NCBI GenBank assembly: GCA_043820105.1
Contig: JBDREC010000029.1
Coordinates: forward strand, 1-64,000
Length of the DNA stretch: 64,000 nt
Direction of reading: 5' to 3'
Origin: Pseudomonadota bacterium
Lineage (GTDB): Bacteria > Bdellovibrionota_F > JAHFAK01 > JBDREC01
Shown here: piece by piece, positions 20,421-31,053 of the stretch
Position numbering within the stretch: position 1 is the first letter of the stretch
Layout: each line of letters opens with the position of its first letter
Program-made: the position numbers and the translations under genes
The notes under the pieces: model-generated
The model's input: only the letters and a program-made list of their open reading frames with translations
What the model was told of the DNA's origin: nothing
The model's database searches: none

Positions 20421-20819
20421 ATGAAAATCAATTCTCATAATATGGGCTTTGGTTATATTCTTTGGATTTTTGGTTTTACTGGAGCTCATAGATTTTATTT
20501 TGGAAAACCAGTTTCAGGAACAATTTGGTTTTTTACCTTTGGTTTACTGGGAATTGGATGGCTCATTGACCTTATCTTAATTCCAGGAATGGATGCAGAA
20601 GCAGATATGAGGTTTAAAGAGGGGTATATAAGCTATACAGTTTCATGGGTCTTGCTTACATTTTTAGGATATCTTGGGATACATAGAATGTATATGGGAA
20701 AATGGATTACAGGGATAATTTATTTTTTTACAGGTGGCTTGTTTTTGATTGGTTATGTTTATGATTATTGGACCTTGAATGAACAGATTGCTATTGAGAA
20801 CAGTCGTGGATCTGGATAA
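20421..20819 (+). CDS. TM2-domain membrane protein
   Basis: Two G.HRFY/G.HRMY-GK...TG/FG repeats. Confidence 0.9.
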   Translation: MKINSHNMGFGYILWIFGFTGAHRFYFGKPVSGTIWFFTFGLLGIGWLIDLILIPGMDAEADMRFKEGYISYTVSWVLLTFLGYLGIHRMYMGKWITGIIYFFTGGLFLIGYVYDYWTLNEQIAIENSRGSG

Positions 20820-20837
20820 TTTAATAATTATTTCTAT

Positions 20838-23800
20838 CTAATAAAAATTTTTATAATATCCAAAAAAACAGTCAATCACTGAACTGTTTTGCAAAAGTCT
20901 ATAGTCGTAATCCAATAATTCAATATACATTGAAGCTGCATTTATTTTTTTTCTATCCCTGGCAGGAGGATTTGCATAAAAATCTTTTAGTTTTTCCATT
21001 CCCCAGCTCTTCATTTCTTCAAGTTGCTTGAACTGAATCCATCTTTGTCCTGATTGTAACAGCATTGTTAGGGGATCTCGAATTATATATTCTTCAGAGC
21101 TTAGTGCTGATAATAAAAGGTCAAGGTAACTCGCCATTAACAATTCAGATTTTTCAATATACTGGAAGTTCGATGTATAAAATGCCTGAATATCATGAAG
21201 TTCAGATAAATCAGCAGCATTATCTGTAAATAATTTCCAACCATAGCCAACTAAAATCAACTCTTTTATACTTCTTGGTCCTAAGAATCTGGGATTAACG
21301 GCTCCAAGCATTATACTTTGTTCCAGATCCTTTAATGCATAGAAAAATTCAGGATGTTCTTTTTCAAACGCTTCTTTATTGGGAAGTTTCATGTTTTGTT
21401 GTATTGTATTGCTAATAATAATTACATCAGAAAAAGTATTAATCGAATCTAGTTTGGATCTTAAGTATTTCCACAAAGTTTGTTCTCTTTCAAAATTAAC
21501 AACAGAAGGATCTATTGGGGCATTTTCATCAAAATAAATAGCAAGTGGAGAATCAGGATCAACATGGGTTCTTGTTGGATCATATCTGTTTTCTTCTATT
21601 TGTACTTCATCATCATAATCTTCAAATCTTTGCTGGCTTTCAGTACCGCTATTAAAATCTTCATATATGGCTTCCTCTGTTACTTCCTCATCATCAAGAT
21701 CAATTGGATTAGGTTCCTTTCCCCTCGAAATATCATTTAAATAAATTTCTACCAAATCTTCATTTGCTAAATCAAAAATATCTTCATTCCAACCTAAGAG
21801 GTTTAGTTTTGCTCTTGCAAACAAAATCTGAGAAAATAAATCTTGTGCTTCTTTTGTATGCATGCATATTTTGTCAGCATGGTTTATTGCTTCAATTGCC
21901 ATTTCACTTTCAGTAATTTTTCTTTTTTCTTCATCTGCATCCTGATATTCTCTGGCTTTTTCCGTTTCAGACATATTATTAAAAATATATTCATTTTTCT
22001 GCTTTGTTATACAGTCCTCAGTCAAAATTCTTTCATAATTTAATTCTGTGAAATCATGAGTGTATTGTTTTAGTCTTCTTACTTTTTTTATTTCCTGTAA
22101 TACTCTTGGTCTGTAAGATTCACTATGAATATCTTTTTTCATTATATCTTTAAAGCTAGCCCCGTCTCTTATGGCTTGTTGTATTTCAGGACTTCTTTTT
22201 ATTTTGTTATGAGCATCTTCAAGATAATCTCTGAATATATTTAACTTTAAAACGCGGGTATCAAAAAGCATTAGGTCTTCAGGTGTTCTTATTTTGCCGC
22301 CTTGCAGGCTTTTAAAGAGCCAGTTTAAGCATTTGTTTTTTTCTGTATATGGAAATGTAATTCTTACTGGAGGCAGATAGTCAGAGATTCTTGTGTTTTC
22401 ATTGCACTGATCCTCGGTAAAAATATCATCAACGTATTGTCCTATTATTCTGTTATCTTCTGCTATAAAGGTTCTTTCATACATGGCATCTTTTACTTCC
22501 TGTAGTTTCAAGCTGCATGAAGAGTATTCATTGAAATAGACACTTGCCTGAGCACGAAATTTATCTGCTACTTCCTCCGGATTGTTTCTATACTGATTAA
22601 TGATTTCATTTGGATCAAAGTTATCGGGGTAATGGTCAAAGGTTTCACCTATTGTATCCATTAAAAATAATTCTTCACCAATATAGGCTTTTCTTAAGTT
22701 ATGATTAACCTTATATCTTTTTTTAATATAAGCTCTTGTTTCTAATATTAAGCTTGAAATTTCTTTTTTATCTATCAATTCAGCAATGGCTTTGTTGGCA
22801 CTGGGTGGCCATAGTAATTCCACCAAATTGGCATTGCTAAAGGGAATTGAAGCTTGTCTGAAAATCCAGTCTGAATAGGAAAACCAGGTGCTCAACCTTT
22901 TTGCTCCAGTTACACTATCTGGGTTTTTGCAAAATTTTTCTCTTAGTTTTAAACGCTGATTAATATCTTCTTTGTTTTTATTAATTTGAATGCTCAGTTT
23001 ATCATACCATTCAAAAAGTGGGGTAAATGCTAGTTTGCGCAAATCCTTTCTTGTGCTAAGTTTACCTTCTAAGCTTGCTTCCTTGTATCTATATGTCTGA
23101 GCTCCATTTCCTTCTAGCCAGCGATCAGCCGTATCTTCAGGTGGAGGTCCGTGGTCAATTAAAGCTTTTAAAGAGCTTGAATTAGCCAAAACATTAAACT
23201 CATTGTTATAGAATCTGAAAGATTTGAAGGTGCCATCTATACCCAGCTTTACTTTCTCAGGAATCAATTCATGGATTACAAATCCAATTATTCCGGATAA
23301 GGCACCAATTACCGCGCCAACAAATAAACCTTCAATGCTTGTCAGAGGAGCTGCTGGTCCTCCGGCAACACCACCTAAAACAGCCCCTACTAATTCACCG
23401 GCCAGGGTCATACTGCCTACCAGGGTAACAAAATCTCCGGATAAAAGTTGTTTCCTGAAAATATTCCAAAACAAAAGATTTACGTATTCCTGATTTTTTA
23501 ATATTTGGCCGAGGTTGTTTAAAAAAGTATTTCTAAGCCTTTCAGGCATTGAAAATAATTTTTTTAAGTCTGTTATATAAGGCATATGTTCTTCATAAAG
23601 CGCTATAAAGCCTTCAGGTTGTTCATAAACCCACATTTCTGTTAGTTCTTTGGCCATGTCAATCCAACCTTTGAAAAATTCCCAAAATCCGAAAGCATAA
23701 GCGGTTTTTAAAAAGGAATGAATAAAAATACCCATTGCTGTTTTGCCGGCCACTCCAGTCATGAGGCCTTCAAGGCCTTGAAAAACTTTTTCGCTTCCGC

Positions 23801-24305
23801 CTATTCTAAGCATGCCCTCAAGCACTGCAGAACCTTGCCACATCATAAGAAACTCACCATCTGTAAATAAGTCATATAAGGACTCTCCAATAAAACTTAT
23901 TCTGTCTTTTAGACTTGGTGGGTTTTGGATGTATAATAAGTGGCTTTTGGTATATTCATCAAATCCTGTTGAGGCATGCATTGCTGCCATCATCATTACC
24001 ATGGATAAGACATGATTTGTGTGGCTAATGGTTCCTCTTGCAAATCTATTAGCGTATTTGGCATTCGCCATTTTTTTCGTCTTTAGAAAATCCTTTTTTA
24101 AGAATTCTCTTAGCTGTGAAAATTTTTGCTTGCTTCCTGACTCTTCAAAAGGATTTTCCTGAAACCAGTTCGCTAAAACAGGATCTGAGTAATCAAAGGA
24201 ATTATTGGAATTTTCCTGTGCATAAATAACGTTTAGCTGAGAGGATAAAAGTATTGTAATAATACTAATTAAAGCATATTTTTTAATAATGCTCAAAGTT
24301 TTCAT
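20838..24305 (-). CDS. Large orphan secreted/membrane protein with glycine-zipper hydrophobic hairpin
   Basis: 1155 aa; signal peptide; GELVGAVLGGVAGG...GLFVGAVIGALSGIIG segment. Confidence 0.8.
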   Translation of the reverse strand: MKTLSIIKKYALISIITILLSSQLNVIYAQENSNNSFDYSDPVLANWFQENPFEESGSKQKFSQLREFLKKDFLKTKKMANAKYANRFARGTISHTNHVLSMVMMMAAMHASTGFDEYTKSHLLYIQNPPSLKDRISFIGESLYDLFTDGEFLMMWQGSAVLEGMLRIGGSEKVFQGLEGLMTGVAGKTAMGIFIHSFLKTAYAFGFWEFFKGWIDMAKELTEMWVYEQPEGFIALYEEHMPYITDLKKLFSMPERLRNTFLNNLGQILKNQEYVNLLFWNIFRKQLLSGDFVTLVGSMTLAGELVGAVLGGVAGGPAAPLTSIEGLFVGAVIGALSGIIGFVIHELIPEKVKLGIDGTFKSFRFYNNEFNVLANSSSLKALIDHGPPPEDTADRWLEGNGAQTYRYKEASLEGKLSTRKDLRKLAFTPLFEWYDKLSIQINKNKEDINQRLKLREKFCKNPDSVTGAKRLSTWFSYSDWIFRQASIPFSNANLVELLWPPSANKAIAELIDKKEISSLILETRAYIKKRYKVNHNLRKAYIGEELFLMDTIGETFDHYPDNFDPNEIINQYRNNPEEVADKFRAQASVYFNEYSSCSLKLQEVKDAMYERTFIAEDNRIIGQYVDDIFTEDQCNENTRISDYLPPVRITFPYTEKNKCLNWLFKSLQGGKIRTPEDLMLFDTRVLKLNIFRDYLEDAHNKIKRSPEIQQAIRDGASFKDIMKKDIHSESYRPRVLQEIKKVRRLKQYTHDFTELNYERILTEDCITKQKNEYIFNNMSETEKAREYQDADEEKRKITESEMAIEAINHADKICMHTKEAQDLFSQILFARAKLNLLGWNEDIFDLANEDLVEIYLNDISRGKEPNPIDLDDEEVTEEAIYEDFNSGTESQQRFEDYDDEVQIEENRYDPTRTHVDPDSPLAIYFDENAPIDPSVVNFEREQTLWKYLRSKLDSINTFSDVIIISNTIQQNMKLPNKEAFEKEHPEFFYALKDLEQSIMLGAVNPRFLGPRSIKELILVGYGWKLFTDNAADLSELHDIQAFYTSNFQYIEKSELLMASYLDLLLSALSSEEYIIRDPLTMLLQSGQRWIQFKQLEEMKSWGMEKLKDFYANPPARDRKKINAASMYIELLDYDYRLLQNSSVIDCFFGYYKNFY

Positions 24306-24347
24306 ATACCCTCTCTTTATTAATTTTTATACAAACCCGTTTTTTTC

Positions 24348-25979
24348 TTATCTTCTAAGCCTTCTGGCTATGCTTTCTCTTGCTTCTGCTTGTGCGCGTT
24401 TACCCAGAAGTCTTTGAACTTCTTGGTTATATTCAAAGTCTGTTACTTGTCTGGCTCGTTTTCTTCTGCCTAGTTCTTCTAATTCTCTTTCAACATCCAA
24501 TGAAGATATACCTTGTCTTTGACCCGACCTTTGGCCATATTCTCTTCCTCTTGCTTCCCTCACTGCTCCGTTCATTGTACCTGATCCAAAGCCCCCTCTT
24601 GAACCTTTCTTGCTTTCGCGAGAATCTTCTCTTAATTCAGCTCCTGCTATTTCGAGTCTTCCTTTGTTTTCTGCAGAAGCTTCAGAGCTTCTTTCCAGAA
24701 ATTCCAAACCTTCAGCAATGTAGTCTCTCAATCCTGTGTTATGTTCTCCGATTGCTTCGTTTACGTAAATTCCTTCAATAACTTTTTGGGCTAATTCTTT
24801 TGGAATATCATCTGCTAAACAGGCTTCAATTAAGGTTATTTTTAACTCAATGCCGTTTTTTCTGCCAACATACTTGATCAGCCTTTCAGCTACCTCGGCG
24901 TCAATATGATCACCCGTTACAACGGTTAATACAGCTTCAGTTTGTACGCTTATTTTGGAATCCGCAATTCCAATGCCATCTGTTAATGCCAACGCTTGCT
25001 TAATTCCACTTACATGACTTGTTCCTTCCTGTCTAAGGGCTATCATTGATGCCTTTCTGGTTGCATCTCTTTCTGGACCCTGTGCAGCAATCCCTGTTTC
25101 AAGCAAAGCCTTTCCTACTAATTCTCCCGGGTTAGTTATTGCCGCTTTAGCGGCATAGTATACCATAAATGGATTTTCACTTCTTAAACCATCTATAACT
25201 ACTGCCCTTGATCCAGCGACACGAGCATTGCCCTCTATTGACAGACCAAAAAGCGCTTTGGTTTTTAAACTTGCTTCACTTGTGCTATTGTATAGGGTTA
25301 CAAAAGCTTCACCGACCTTTTCACCTGTAATCTTGTTTTCATTAATTGTTGTCCATGCGTGCATCCTGATATCAACATCTGAATGTCCCAATCCTTTTTC
25401 AATTAATACATCACGAATTTCAGGATCATTGTATTTGAAATTTTTAATTGTGTTAATAAGTGCATCAATTACTGCTTTTTCAGTTTCAATGTTCATGGCT
25501 TCTATGATTTGTCCACGTACTTGTTGTCTCAGCCTTACTTGTTCACTCTGCCGACCTGAAGATAATAAGTCAGCAGCATCAGCTCTTACTTCAGCACTTG
25601 AATCATTAAGCATAATATGAGCAAGCAGCTCCATTGCAAGTTCCGAGTAATTAAAGTCAGCTCTTCCTCTTAAAAGAAGCAAAAATTTGAATTTTAAGCG
25701 TTTATGCTTATCCATATTTTCTTTTCCTTCATCTGCATATTCAAAGTGTTCTTTAAAATATTCAACATCATTTTCTAAAGTGCTGGTTCTATTAGCAGCC
25801 CACATTTTGTCATAAGCTTCTTGTGTGATATCACCGCGCAAATCATTCCATTTGTCATATAATAATTCTAGTTGAGCCTGGATTTCGACCAGTTCACCTT
25901 CTGCAAAATGTGTTTGGGAAAATAGGCTTGATGTGAAAATAAAAACGAATAGAAATAATAATATGGCTTTTTGTTTCAT
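24348..25979 (-). CDS. Orphan secreted HEAT-repeat-like protein with basic C-terminal tail
   Basis: Signal peptide; repeats such as DSSAEVRADAA, SDVDIRMHAW, SENPFMVYYAA; R-rich C-terminus. Confidence 0.8.
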   Translation of the reverse strand: MKQKAILLFLFVFIFTSSLFSQTHFAEGELVEIQAQLELLYDKWNDLRGDITQEAYDKMWAANRTSTLENDVEYFKEHFEYADEGKENMDKHKRLKFKFLLLLRGRADFNYSELAMELLAHIMLNDSSAEVRADAADLLSSGRQSEQVRLRQQVRGQIIEAMNIETEKAVIDALINTIKNFKYNDPEIRDVLIEKGLGHSDVDIRMHAWTTINENKITGEKVGEAFVTLYNSTSEASLKTKALFGLSIEGNARVAGSRAVVIDGLRSENPFMVYYAAKAAITNPGELVGKALLETGIAAQGPERDATRKASMIALRQEGTSHVSGIKQALALTDGIGIADSKISVQTEAVLTVVTGDHIDAEVAERLIKYVGRKNGIELKITLIEACLADDIPKELAQKVIEGIYVNEAIGEHNTGLRDYIAEGLEFLERSSEASAENKGRLEIAGAELREDSRESKKGSRGGFGSGTMNGAVREARGREYGQRSGQRQGISSLDVERELEELGRRKRARQVTDFEYNQEVQRLLGKRAQAEARESIARRLRR

Positions 25980-26042
25980 GTTAGTCCCCTTAAATTTTTG
26001 TTTTGCAAGATATTATAATATCTGTACCACGCAGATTATTAG

Positions 26043-26058
26043 TGCAAACACTGTGCCA
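26043..26058 (-). promoter_or_regulatory. Sigma-54 promoter of the 25979/24305 gene pair
   Basis: TGGCACAGTGTTTGCA, consensus match. Confidence 0.85.
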
Positions 26059-26147
26059 CTATGCTTGAGTTAAAAGCTGAGTTAATTCAGCACTTTGCGC
26101 TGGGTGATAATTTAAGGTTTTTTGTCAGTGCCTGAAAACAGCACATA

Positions 26148-27059
26148 TTATAAACTGATATTGGTATCAATTTCTTTTAACAGCAAAGAGACTTCTTCTA
26201 AAACTTCCATTTTCCATTTTAAGGTAAAGCTATCACCATTTTGATTTGTATTTTGAGATATGTGCCTTGATGCTTCATCTGCTGATGCAGGGTTATCTTC
26301 ATTTTTAAAAGCAAGCTCATCCATGCACTCAACTAATTGATCCCATTGTTGTTGACCATGTCTCATTGACCAGTAAACAAAGTCATCCAAAAAGGCATAT
26401 ATGTTTCCTGACCAGATGAAGCTCTGAATTGTTAAGGCATTATTAATGGGAGTAAATAGAATTGTGTTTTCATCAGATCTGAAAATAATATCAGTATTTG
26501 CTAAAGATGATCTAAACCTTGGTTCATTGTGGAAATAGCTTAAAAGCCCCTTTGCAAGGTCTTTATCACTTTTTGATAAACAGTATCCTTTATAACATTG
26601 TTTGCCAGGATAAAAAGATTCATACTTCTGGTTATCAATAACTTTCCACACTTGTTCTTCGTGGATATCTGATGTTGTATTTATAACAAGTTTATCAAAA
26701 GTAAATCGATCTGCATATATGAATTTAACTAAGGCCTCATGGGAGAAGTTTAAGCTTTTATTTCTTGTATCAAAAACCAGATTCAAATAGTAGTTTACTA
26801 AATTTTCATTGTATGACGTGTTTAAGGTGCCATATTTATTTTGCGTGTCTGGTCTAAAATATCTTTCTTGTGACCAGTAGCGTTTTTTCGTTTGTCTTGC
26901 CTCTATTTCTGCAAAACCAAGATAATGATTAACACATAATCCTGTTTGATTTGGGTTTAAATTTAAGGCTTCTTCATATGATGAAGCTAGCTCTTTCAAC
27001 AAACCTTCCACCAAAGCTGCCTGTGTAAAGAGTAATTTTATTAGAATCAAATTGATCAA
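26148..27059 (-). CDS. Hypothetical protein; 5' end uncertain or disrupted
   Basis: 303-aa ORF with TTG start and an overlapping out-of-frame 82-aa ORF upstream. Confidence 0.6.
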   Translation of the reverse strand: MINLILIKLLFTQAALVEGLLKELASSYEEALNLNPNQTGLCVNHYLGFAEIEARQTKKRYWSQERYFRPDTQNKYGTLNTSYNENLVNYYLNLVFDTRNKSLNFSHEALVKFIYADRFTFDKLVINTTSDIHEEQVWKVIDNQKYESFYPGKQCYKGYCLSKSDKDLAKGLLSYFHNEPRFRSSLANTDIIFRSDENTILFTPINNALTIQSFIWSGNIYAFLDDFVYWSMRHGQQQWDQLVECMDELAFKNEDNPASADEASRHISQNTNQNGDSFTLKWKMEVLEEVSLLLKEIDTNISL

Positions 27060-27298
27060 AAATAGCTATAAGTTCATTTTCTTTATATTTTAATGCTTTT
27101 AAATTTTGATTAGAATTCATTAAAAGACTTTTTATTTTTGTTTCCTTGAGTTTTCCTGAATTATCCAGTTCTGGTATAAAAAAATGTAAAAAATTTTTTG
27201 TTGTGTCATCAGTTTTTGGCAATGTTTTATCATAATATTTTCTACCCCTTAATAAATGCTTAGTTTAAGCACAAAAATTATATGTTTAGAAAATTATA

Positions 27299-27314
27299 TG
27301 CAAAATTGGGGCCA
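27299..27314 (-). promoter_or_regulatory. Sigma-54 promoter
   Basis: TGGCCCCAATTTTGCA (GG-N10-GC). Confidence 0.7.
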
Positions 27315-27434
27315 AGCAAGGGAACAAGGAAACAGTGGATTAAGTGGATCAGTCCCAAACATCCAGCATCGAGCACCCCCTCCCTAGCAACAAGAATTGA
27401 CAATTTCAAAGTGAAATCTTATATCAAAGGCATA

Positions 27435-29600
27435 ATGGAAAAAGAAGAAACCCTGCAGGGGCAAATTGAAAACATCATTTTTTATTCTGAAGAATCAAAT
27501 TATATAGTTGCACATTTTTATGATGAGCTATCTGCAAAAAATACTACTATTGTTGGGACCATGTTTGAGACCAAACCAGGAGAGGCTTTTCGCTTAAGTG
27601 GCAAATGGGTAAACAATAAAAAATTTGGTAAGCAGTTTAGCTTTGATTCGTATATTTCAATTACTCCCAGCACAAAGGAAGGAATTGAAAAATATCTGGG
27701 CTCAGGTTTGATTAAGGGTATTGGGCCAACCATGGCAAAGAGGCTTGTTGAATATTTTGCTGAAAAGACGCTTGATGTTATTGAAAACAGACCAGGTCAA
27801 TTAACTTTGATTAAAGGAATCGGTAAAAGCAGAGTTGAAATGATTATAGGTGCATGGGAGAAACATGCACAAATAAAATCCTTAATGATATTTTGCCATG
27901 AGCATGGAGTTAGTACTAATATAGCTCTTAAGGTTTTTAAAAAATATAAAAATAGATCTATTGCAATTATTCAACAAAATCCTTTTCGCCTGGCTTCAGA
28001 AATCTGGGGGGTTGGTTTTAAAAAGGCTGACCAAATAGCATTATCAATTGGTTTTGATGAAGAATCGCCTCTTAGAATTGCTTCAGCAATTGAGTTTATT
28101 TTAGAACAAATTTCTCATGAAGGACATCTTCATATGCAAAAACATGATTTATGCATGGCTGCTGAAGAACTTTTAAATGTTTCTTTGGATAAGATTAATG
28201 AAGCAATGGAGGCCTTGTGTTTTAATGATAGAATTCGCTATGATTCAGATGACCAGGACAATGAAGTAGTTTATTTAAAAGCATTCCATGATGCTGAAAT
28301 TGGAATCGCTGAAAATATTACAAGGCTTTTATCAGATGTTTCAGATATTTCCATTAATATAGAAAAAGCACTTCTGTGGGTAGAAGACTTAAGTAAGTTC
28401 TCTTTTTCACAAAGCCAGAAAGATGCAATTGAAATGGCTATTAAGCATAAAGTTTCAATTATTACCGGTGGTCCAGGAACAGGAAAAACCACAATCATTA
28501 ATGAAATAAATAAAATATTTCAGGCTAAAGGCGCTGTTGTTTATTTATCAACCCCTACTGGCAGGGCTTCAAAACGACTCTCTGAGGCTACAGGTCATGA
28601 GGCTAAGACAATTCACAGAATGCTTGAATACAGTCCCAAAGAACGAAGGTTTATTAAGGACTCAGAAAACCAGTTAGCCTGTGATGTTTTAATCTTAGAT
28701 GAAGCCTCAATGATTGATACACCTTTATTTTATTATTTAATTAGAGCAATCCCTGATACTTCTCGTTTGATTATTGTTGGTGATGTTGATCAGCTGCCTC
28801 CTGTTGGTCCTGGAAATACGCTGTTTGAGCTAATAACTTCCAAGCTTGTTCCTGTAACTTTTTTAAAATATATCTTTAGACAAGCACAAGGATCAAGCAT
28901 TATTGAGGCGGCTCATCAAATAAATAGTGGTAACTATCCTGAATTTTCAGAAAATGATAGAGCTTGTGTTTTTGTTAAAAAGGAAACAAGCGACGAAATT
29001 ATTAAATCAATTAGTGATTTTATAAGTCGAATTCGTTCAGGGGAAGTTAAGGATTTTGATCTAGAAAGTACTCAAATATTGGTTCCAATGAACAAGGGTG
29101 ATATTGGCACTATTGCAATGAATCAGTTATTACAAAACATAATAAATCCACCTTCAGAAAATAAACAGAGTATTAAAAGAATAAAATACACCTTTAGAGA
29201 AGCTGATAGGATAATGCAGATTGTAAATAACTATGATAAAGAAGTTTTTAATGGCGACATTGGGTGTATTGAACACATAAACAAAGATGCTGAGATTGTA
29301 ATGTGTAATTTTGATGGGCGCCTGCTTGAATATGAATTCGCTGAACTTGATGAAATTGCACTGGCCTACGCGATAACTATTCATAAATCCCAAGGCAGTG
29401 AATATAAAAATATCTTGATTTTACTTTCAACTCAGCATTTTATAATGCTTCAAAGAAATTTGATTTATACAGCAATCACCAGGGGAAAAGAAAAAGTATT
29501 GTTTATTGGAAACCCCAAAGCCTTAAAGATGGCTGTGCAGAGAAATTTTTCAAAAAAGAGAAATACTTTGCTTGGGCAAAGGCTGAGGAAGAAGTGGTAA
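27435..29600 (+). CDS. recD2: RecD2-like SF1 helicase
   Basis: HhH motifs KGIGP/KGIGK, Walker A GGPGTGKT, DEASM, GDVDQL, AYAITIHKSQG, YTAITR; ATG 27435 preferred, with TTGACA upstream. Confidence 0.95.
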   Translation: MEKEETLQGQIENIIFYSEESNYIVAHFYDELSAKNTTIVGTMFETKPGEAFRLSGKWVNNKKFGKQFSFDSYISITPSTKEGIEKYLGSGLIKGIGPTMAKRLVEYFAEKTLDVIENRPGQLTLIKGIGKSRVEMIIGAWEKHAQIKSLMIFCHEHGVSTNIALKVFKKYKNRSIAIIQQNPFRLASEIWGVGFKKADQIALSIGFDEESPLRIASAIEFILEQISHEGHLHMQKHDLCMAAEELLNVSLDKINEAMEALCFNDRIRYDSDDQDNEVVYLKAFHDAEIGIAENITRLLSDVSDISINIEKALLWVEDLSKFSFSQSQKDAIEMAIKHKVSIITGGPGTGKTTIINEINKIFQAKGAVVYLSTPTGRASKRLSEATGHEAKTIHRMLEYSPKERRFIKDSENQLACDVLILDEASMIDTPLFYYLIRAIPDTSRLIIVGDVDQLPPVGPGNTLFELITSKLVPVTFLKYIFRQAQGSSIIEAAHQINSGNYPEFSENDRACVFVKKETSDEIIKSISDFISRIRSGEVKDFDLESTQILVPMNKGDIGTIAMNQLLQNIINPPSENKQSIKRIKYTFREADRIMQIVNNYDKEVFNGDIGCIEHINKDAEIVMCNFDGRLLEYEFAELDEIALAYAITIHKSQGSEYKNILILLSTQHFIMLQRNLIYTAITRGKEKVLFIGNPKALKMAVQRNFSKKRNTLLGQRLRKKW

Positions 29601-29662
29601 GCGGTAAGTGGTAAGTGGTAAGTTAAAATAAACTTACAGTTTACCACTTAACACTTACCACT
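29594..29662. repeat. Heptamer hairpin element: (GTGGTAA)4, loop, (TTACCAC)4
   Basis: Arms at 29594-29624 and 29631-29662; the first unit contains the recD2 stop codon. Confidence 0.9.
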
Positions 29663-29679
29663 GAAAAAGAGGAGAATAG

Positions 29680-30873
29680 ATGAAATTAAGTAATAATATT
29701 TCGAAAATTAATCCATCAGTTACCTTAGAAGTGACGTCAAAGGCACAAACCATGATTAAAGCTGGGATTGATGTTATTTCTTTTGGGGCAGGAGAACCTG
29801 ATTTTGATACTCCAGATTATATTAAGTCTGCTGCTATTGAAGCAATTAACAATGGTTGTACAAAATATACAGCTGCTGATGGTATTGTTGAATTAAAAGA
29901 TGCAATAATAAATAGATATAAAAACAAGTATAATATCGACTATACAAGAGACGAAGTAGTTGTTAGTTGTGGGGGGAAGCATGCAATCTATAATATTCTT
30001 TATTGCATGTTAAATCCTGGTGATGAAGTTATTATTCCAGCACCGTATTGGGTTTCATATCCTGAACAAGTGACCTTAGCTTTTGGAAAGTCGGTGCTTG
30101 TAGATACTTTAGAAGAAGATAATTATAAATTAAATCCGAAAAAACTAGCAAATGCAATAACAGATAAAACAAAAGTTCTAATTTTAAATTCGCCTTCAAA
30201 CCCTACAGGTCAAGTCTATAGCATCCAAGAATTAAATGCTCTGCTTGATGTAATTAAAGATAAAGATATCTTAGTAATTAGCGATGATATTTATGATGAC
30301 TTGTTATATGACAATGAAAAATTTTCAAATATCCTTAATTGTGATTTGGCAAATAGAAGCAAAATAGCCATTGTAAATGGTGTTTCTAAGACATATTCTA
30401 TGACTGGTTGGAGAATTGGCTATTCATTAACTTCCACCAGTTTAGCTAAAGCCATAAAAAAAGTTCAAGGTCACATGACGTCAAATCCTTCTACTCCAGC
30501 TCAATGGGCTTCGGTTAAAGCCTTAAATGAAAATAATTGTGCCATTACAGAAATGTTAATTGAATTTGAGAAAAGAAGAAATAGAATATTTGAACTTATT
30601 ACAAAGATTGACGGACTTGTTTGTATAAAACCAATTGGCGCTTTTTATGTTTTCCCCAATATTTCCTCTTATTTTAATAAATCTTATAATGGATTGCAGA
30701 TAAAATCATCACTTGATTTAAGTAAGTATTTGCTAGAGGAAGCTAATGTAGCTGTTGTGCCGGGTGAGGCTTTTGGTAGCTGTGATAATATTAGAATGTC
30801 ATTTGCTACTTCTATTGAACTAATTGAAAAGGGTGTTGAAAGGATAGCTTTGGCTTTAAGCAAGTTGGTTTGA
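29680..30873 (+). CDS. aspC: Aspartate aminotransferase (class I/II PLP enzyme)
   Basis: GEPDF, NSPSNPTG, SDDIY, SKTYSMTGWRIG motifs. Confidence 0.9.
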   Translation: MKLSNNISKINPSVTLEVTSKAQTMIKAGIDVISFGAGEPDFDTPDYIKSAAIEAINNGCTKYTAADGIVELKDAIINRYKNKYNIDYTRDEVVVSCGGKHAIYNILYCMLNPGDEVIIPAPYWVSYPEQVTLAFGKSVLVDTLEEDNYKLNPKKLANAITDKTKVLILNSPSNPTGQVYSIQELNALLDVIKDKDILVISDDIYDDLLYDNEKFSNILNCDLANRSKIAIVNGVSKTYSMTGWRIGYSLTSTSLAKAIKKVQGHMTSNPSTPAQWASVKALNENNCAITEMLIEFEKRRNRIFELITKIDGLVCIKPIGAFYVFPNISSYFNKSYNGLQIKSSLDLSKYLLEEANVAVVPGEAFGSCDNIRMSFATSIELIEKGVERIALALSKLV

Positions 30874-31053
30874 AAAATTAAAATCAGCGCAAAGCTATGA
30901 ATTTTAATATTTTCTTATTCAGAATTTTCACAATCTACATCCAAAAATGAAGATAGACTTATTATCCTCAATAAAAAATCCTGAATTTATTGCAATTTTC
31001 TTTTAATTAAGTAAAATTATAAAGGTTTTTTTATCAATAAGAGTGGAAATTAA

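Noticed and set aside
27282..27434. N-terminal extension of RecD2 in the ORF track
   Set aside because: It runs through the opposite-strand promoter, repeat arrays and a TTGACA box; family-like sequence starts at MEKEETLQG (27435)
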